A DNA stretch of 61,686 nucleotides, the filler included, from Deltaproteobacteria bacterium (GTDB lineage: Bacteria; JAUYMQ01): the NCBI GenBank assembly GCA_030698575.1. It is 14 parts of 14 records of this genome, joined end to end, with 100 filler letters (N's around TTAATTAATTAA, not from the genome) between each part and the next. Parts side by side here need not be neighbours in the genome. Positions count along the whole stretch, not along the records: positions 58,122 to 61,686 come from JAUYMQ010000513.1; 13 more parts are not named here. One strand, 5' to 3'. Shown here one piece after another: positions 60,371 through 61,686 of this stretch; within the stretch, counting starts at the first letter, position 1, and every line of letters begins with the position of its first letter. The position numbers were made by a program, and so were the translations under genes. A model generated the notes under the pieces. The model was given only the letters and a program-made list of their open reading frames with translations. It searched no databases and was not told where the DNA came from.

Positions 60371-61525
60371 CTACTCTCGTCCAGACGCCTCGGCCGGCCT
60401 CGCCACGGCGACGACCCTGGTCACCAGGCGCTCGATCGCCTGCCGCTGGTGCCCGGGCGAGAGGTGGGCGTAGCGTTGCACCATGCTGAGGGTCTTCCAG
60501 CCGCCGAGCTCCTTGAGGGTGAGGAGGTCCACGCCTTCCATCGCCAGGCGCGAGGCGAAGGTGTGGCGCGTGTCGTGGAGGCGGAAGTCCTTGATCTCGG
60601 CGCCGGCGACGGCCTCGGGGAAGTCCTTCTCGGCCCAATGGAAGTCCGTGTTGCCGAGGCTGTTCGGGAAGACCAGGGCGGTGGCGTCGAGCGAGCGCGG
60701 GCGCCGAGCGAGTATCGCGCGGACCGCGGAGGTCAGGGGCACGTGGCGGGCCTCGCCGTGCTTGCTCAGCGGGATCGTGAGCACGCCGGCCTTGAAGTCC
60801 AGGTCCTTCCACCGGAGGCCGAGGAACTCCGACTTGCGTAGGCCGGTCTGCAGGAGCACCTGCAGGCGGTCACGGCCCTCGTCGGAGGCGAGCTTCCCCC
60901 GCAGCGCCTTCTCCTCCTCATCGCTCAGATAGCGCACGCGGCCGCTCGGCTCGCGCAGCATCTTCAGCTTGGCGACAGGGTTGCGCTCTGTCTTGCCGTC
61001 GCGGATGGCGACGTTGAAGACGTGCTTGAGGAAGGCATACTCCCGGTTGACGGTGGCCGCTGCGAGAGGCAGGGGCGCCTTCTTCTTGTCGTCATTCTTG
61101 GCGCGGCGTCGCCGGCTCGCCAGGCGCTCGGCCCGGATCTTCTCGAGGTCGGCCGGCGTCACCTCCTCGAGGCTGCGGCTGCCCAAGCGCTCGGTCCAGG
61201 CCTTCCCGTAGCGCTCGTCATTCCGGAAGGAGCGCTTGCCCACCTTGGCCGCGACCAGGTACTCGCGGATCACGTCAGCGAGCAGGTAGGTGGCGGGCCG
61301 GCGCTGATGCCGAGGACATGGCCGCTCCAGCCGCTTGCGCTGGACCTCCTGGGTGGCAAGGCTCTTGGGCCCCACCTGCGCCCGGTGAAGATGGTCGTGG
61401 GAGCAGGCCCAGCGGATCCACCAGTCGCCTCGCTCCCGGCGGCCATCGGGCCGGCGGAGCTCCTGGGTCCCACGGGGGCTTGCGCGCCAGATCACGCCGC
61501 GGCTTCCAGACGTCGCGAGCTTCAT
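60371..61525 (-). CDS. Tyrosine recombinase/integrase
   Basis: ATVNRE, TGLRKSE.LGL.W, SK, HDTRHTFAS, LGGW....MVQRYAHL catalytic motifs. Confidence 0.93.
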   Translation of the reverse strand: MKLATSGSRGVIWRASPRGTQELRRPDGRRERGDWWIRWACSHDHLHRAQVGPKSLATQEVQRKRLERPCPRHQRRPATYLLADVIREYLVAAKVGKRSFRNDERYGKAWTERLGSRSLEEVTPADLEKIRAERLASRRRRAKNDDKKKAPLPLAAATVNREYAFLKHVFNVAIRDGKTERNPVAKLKMLREPSGRVRYLSDEEEKALRGKLASDEGRDRLQVLLQTGLRKSEFLGLRWKDLDFKAGVLTIPLSKHGEARHVPLTSAVRAILARRPRSLDATALVFPNSLGNTDFHWAEKDFPEAVAGAEIKDFRLHDTRHTFASRLAMEGVDLLTLKELGGWKTLSMVQRYAHLSPGHQRQAIERLVTRVVAVARPAEASGRE

Positions 61526-61686
61526 CGCTGCCGCTCCTTCTTCAGCGGGTCTCCGTCTCCAGGGGGGCCCGCTCTCGCCAGCGAGGTCCTGATGCCCTGG
61601 TCAGCGCCCACCGTATCCGCCCATGTCGCGCCCGAGGCGCCGCTGTGTCAAGGGGGATCCCGCGGGAGCGGCGGGATCGAGGCGGG

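Overview
The window is not one locus. It is 14 short GC-rich bacterial contigs joined by 100-nt artificial spacers (N44-TTAATTAATTAA-N44). Gene content (pilS/pilR/pilA with sigma54 promoters, Qrc-like complexes, lysC-cimA, tol-pal) suggests a deltaproteobacterial-grade MAG, and adjacency is only meaningful within a contig. Most of it is housekeeping: argD/F/G, serA, purA, rnfG/E/A-apbE, scpA/B-rluB, tsaE-lysC-cimA-comEA, rrf2-iscS, prmA, tolB-pal-cpoB, secD/F-yajC, ahcY. Highlights: (1) an initiator tRNA-Met interrupted after U33 by a group I intron carrying an I-Ssp6803I-like PD-(D/E)xK homing endonuclease (30613-31177). (2) An XRE-HTH gene of unfamiliar architecture bracketed by mirror-image bipartite boxes (21-bp perfect inverted copy, identical 31-bp spacing) that point to hsp20 on one side and to unannotated groES/groEL remnants on the other, a candidate new chaperone regulon (48693-50485). 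(3) A translationally coupled toxin-like gene plus HTH/ImmA-IrrE peptidase next to a tyrosine integrase, a candidate RosmerTA-like TA/defence module (58359-61525). (4) A family of nested-palindrome intergenic repeats with tandem half-sites, a RAYT with structured flanks, an IS481-like element, a tandem-duplicated Qrc-like redox operon, tandem aromatic-rich pilins, a phage portal contig and an ice-binding lipoprotein.
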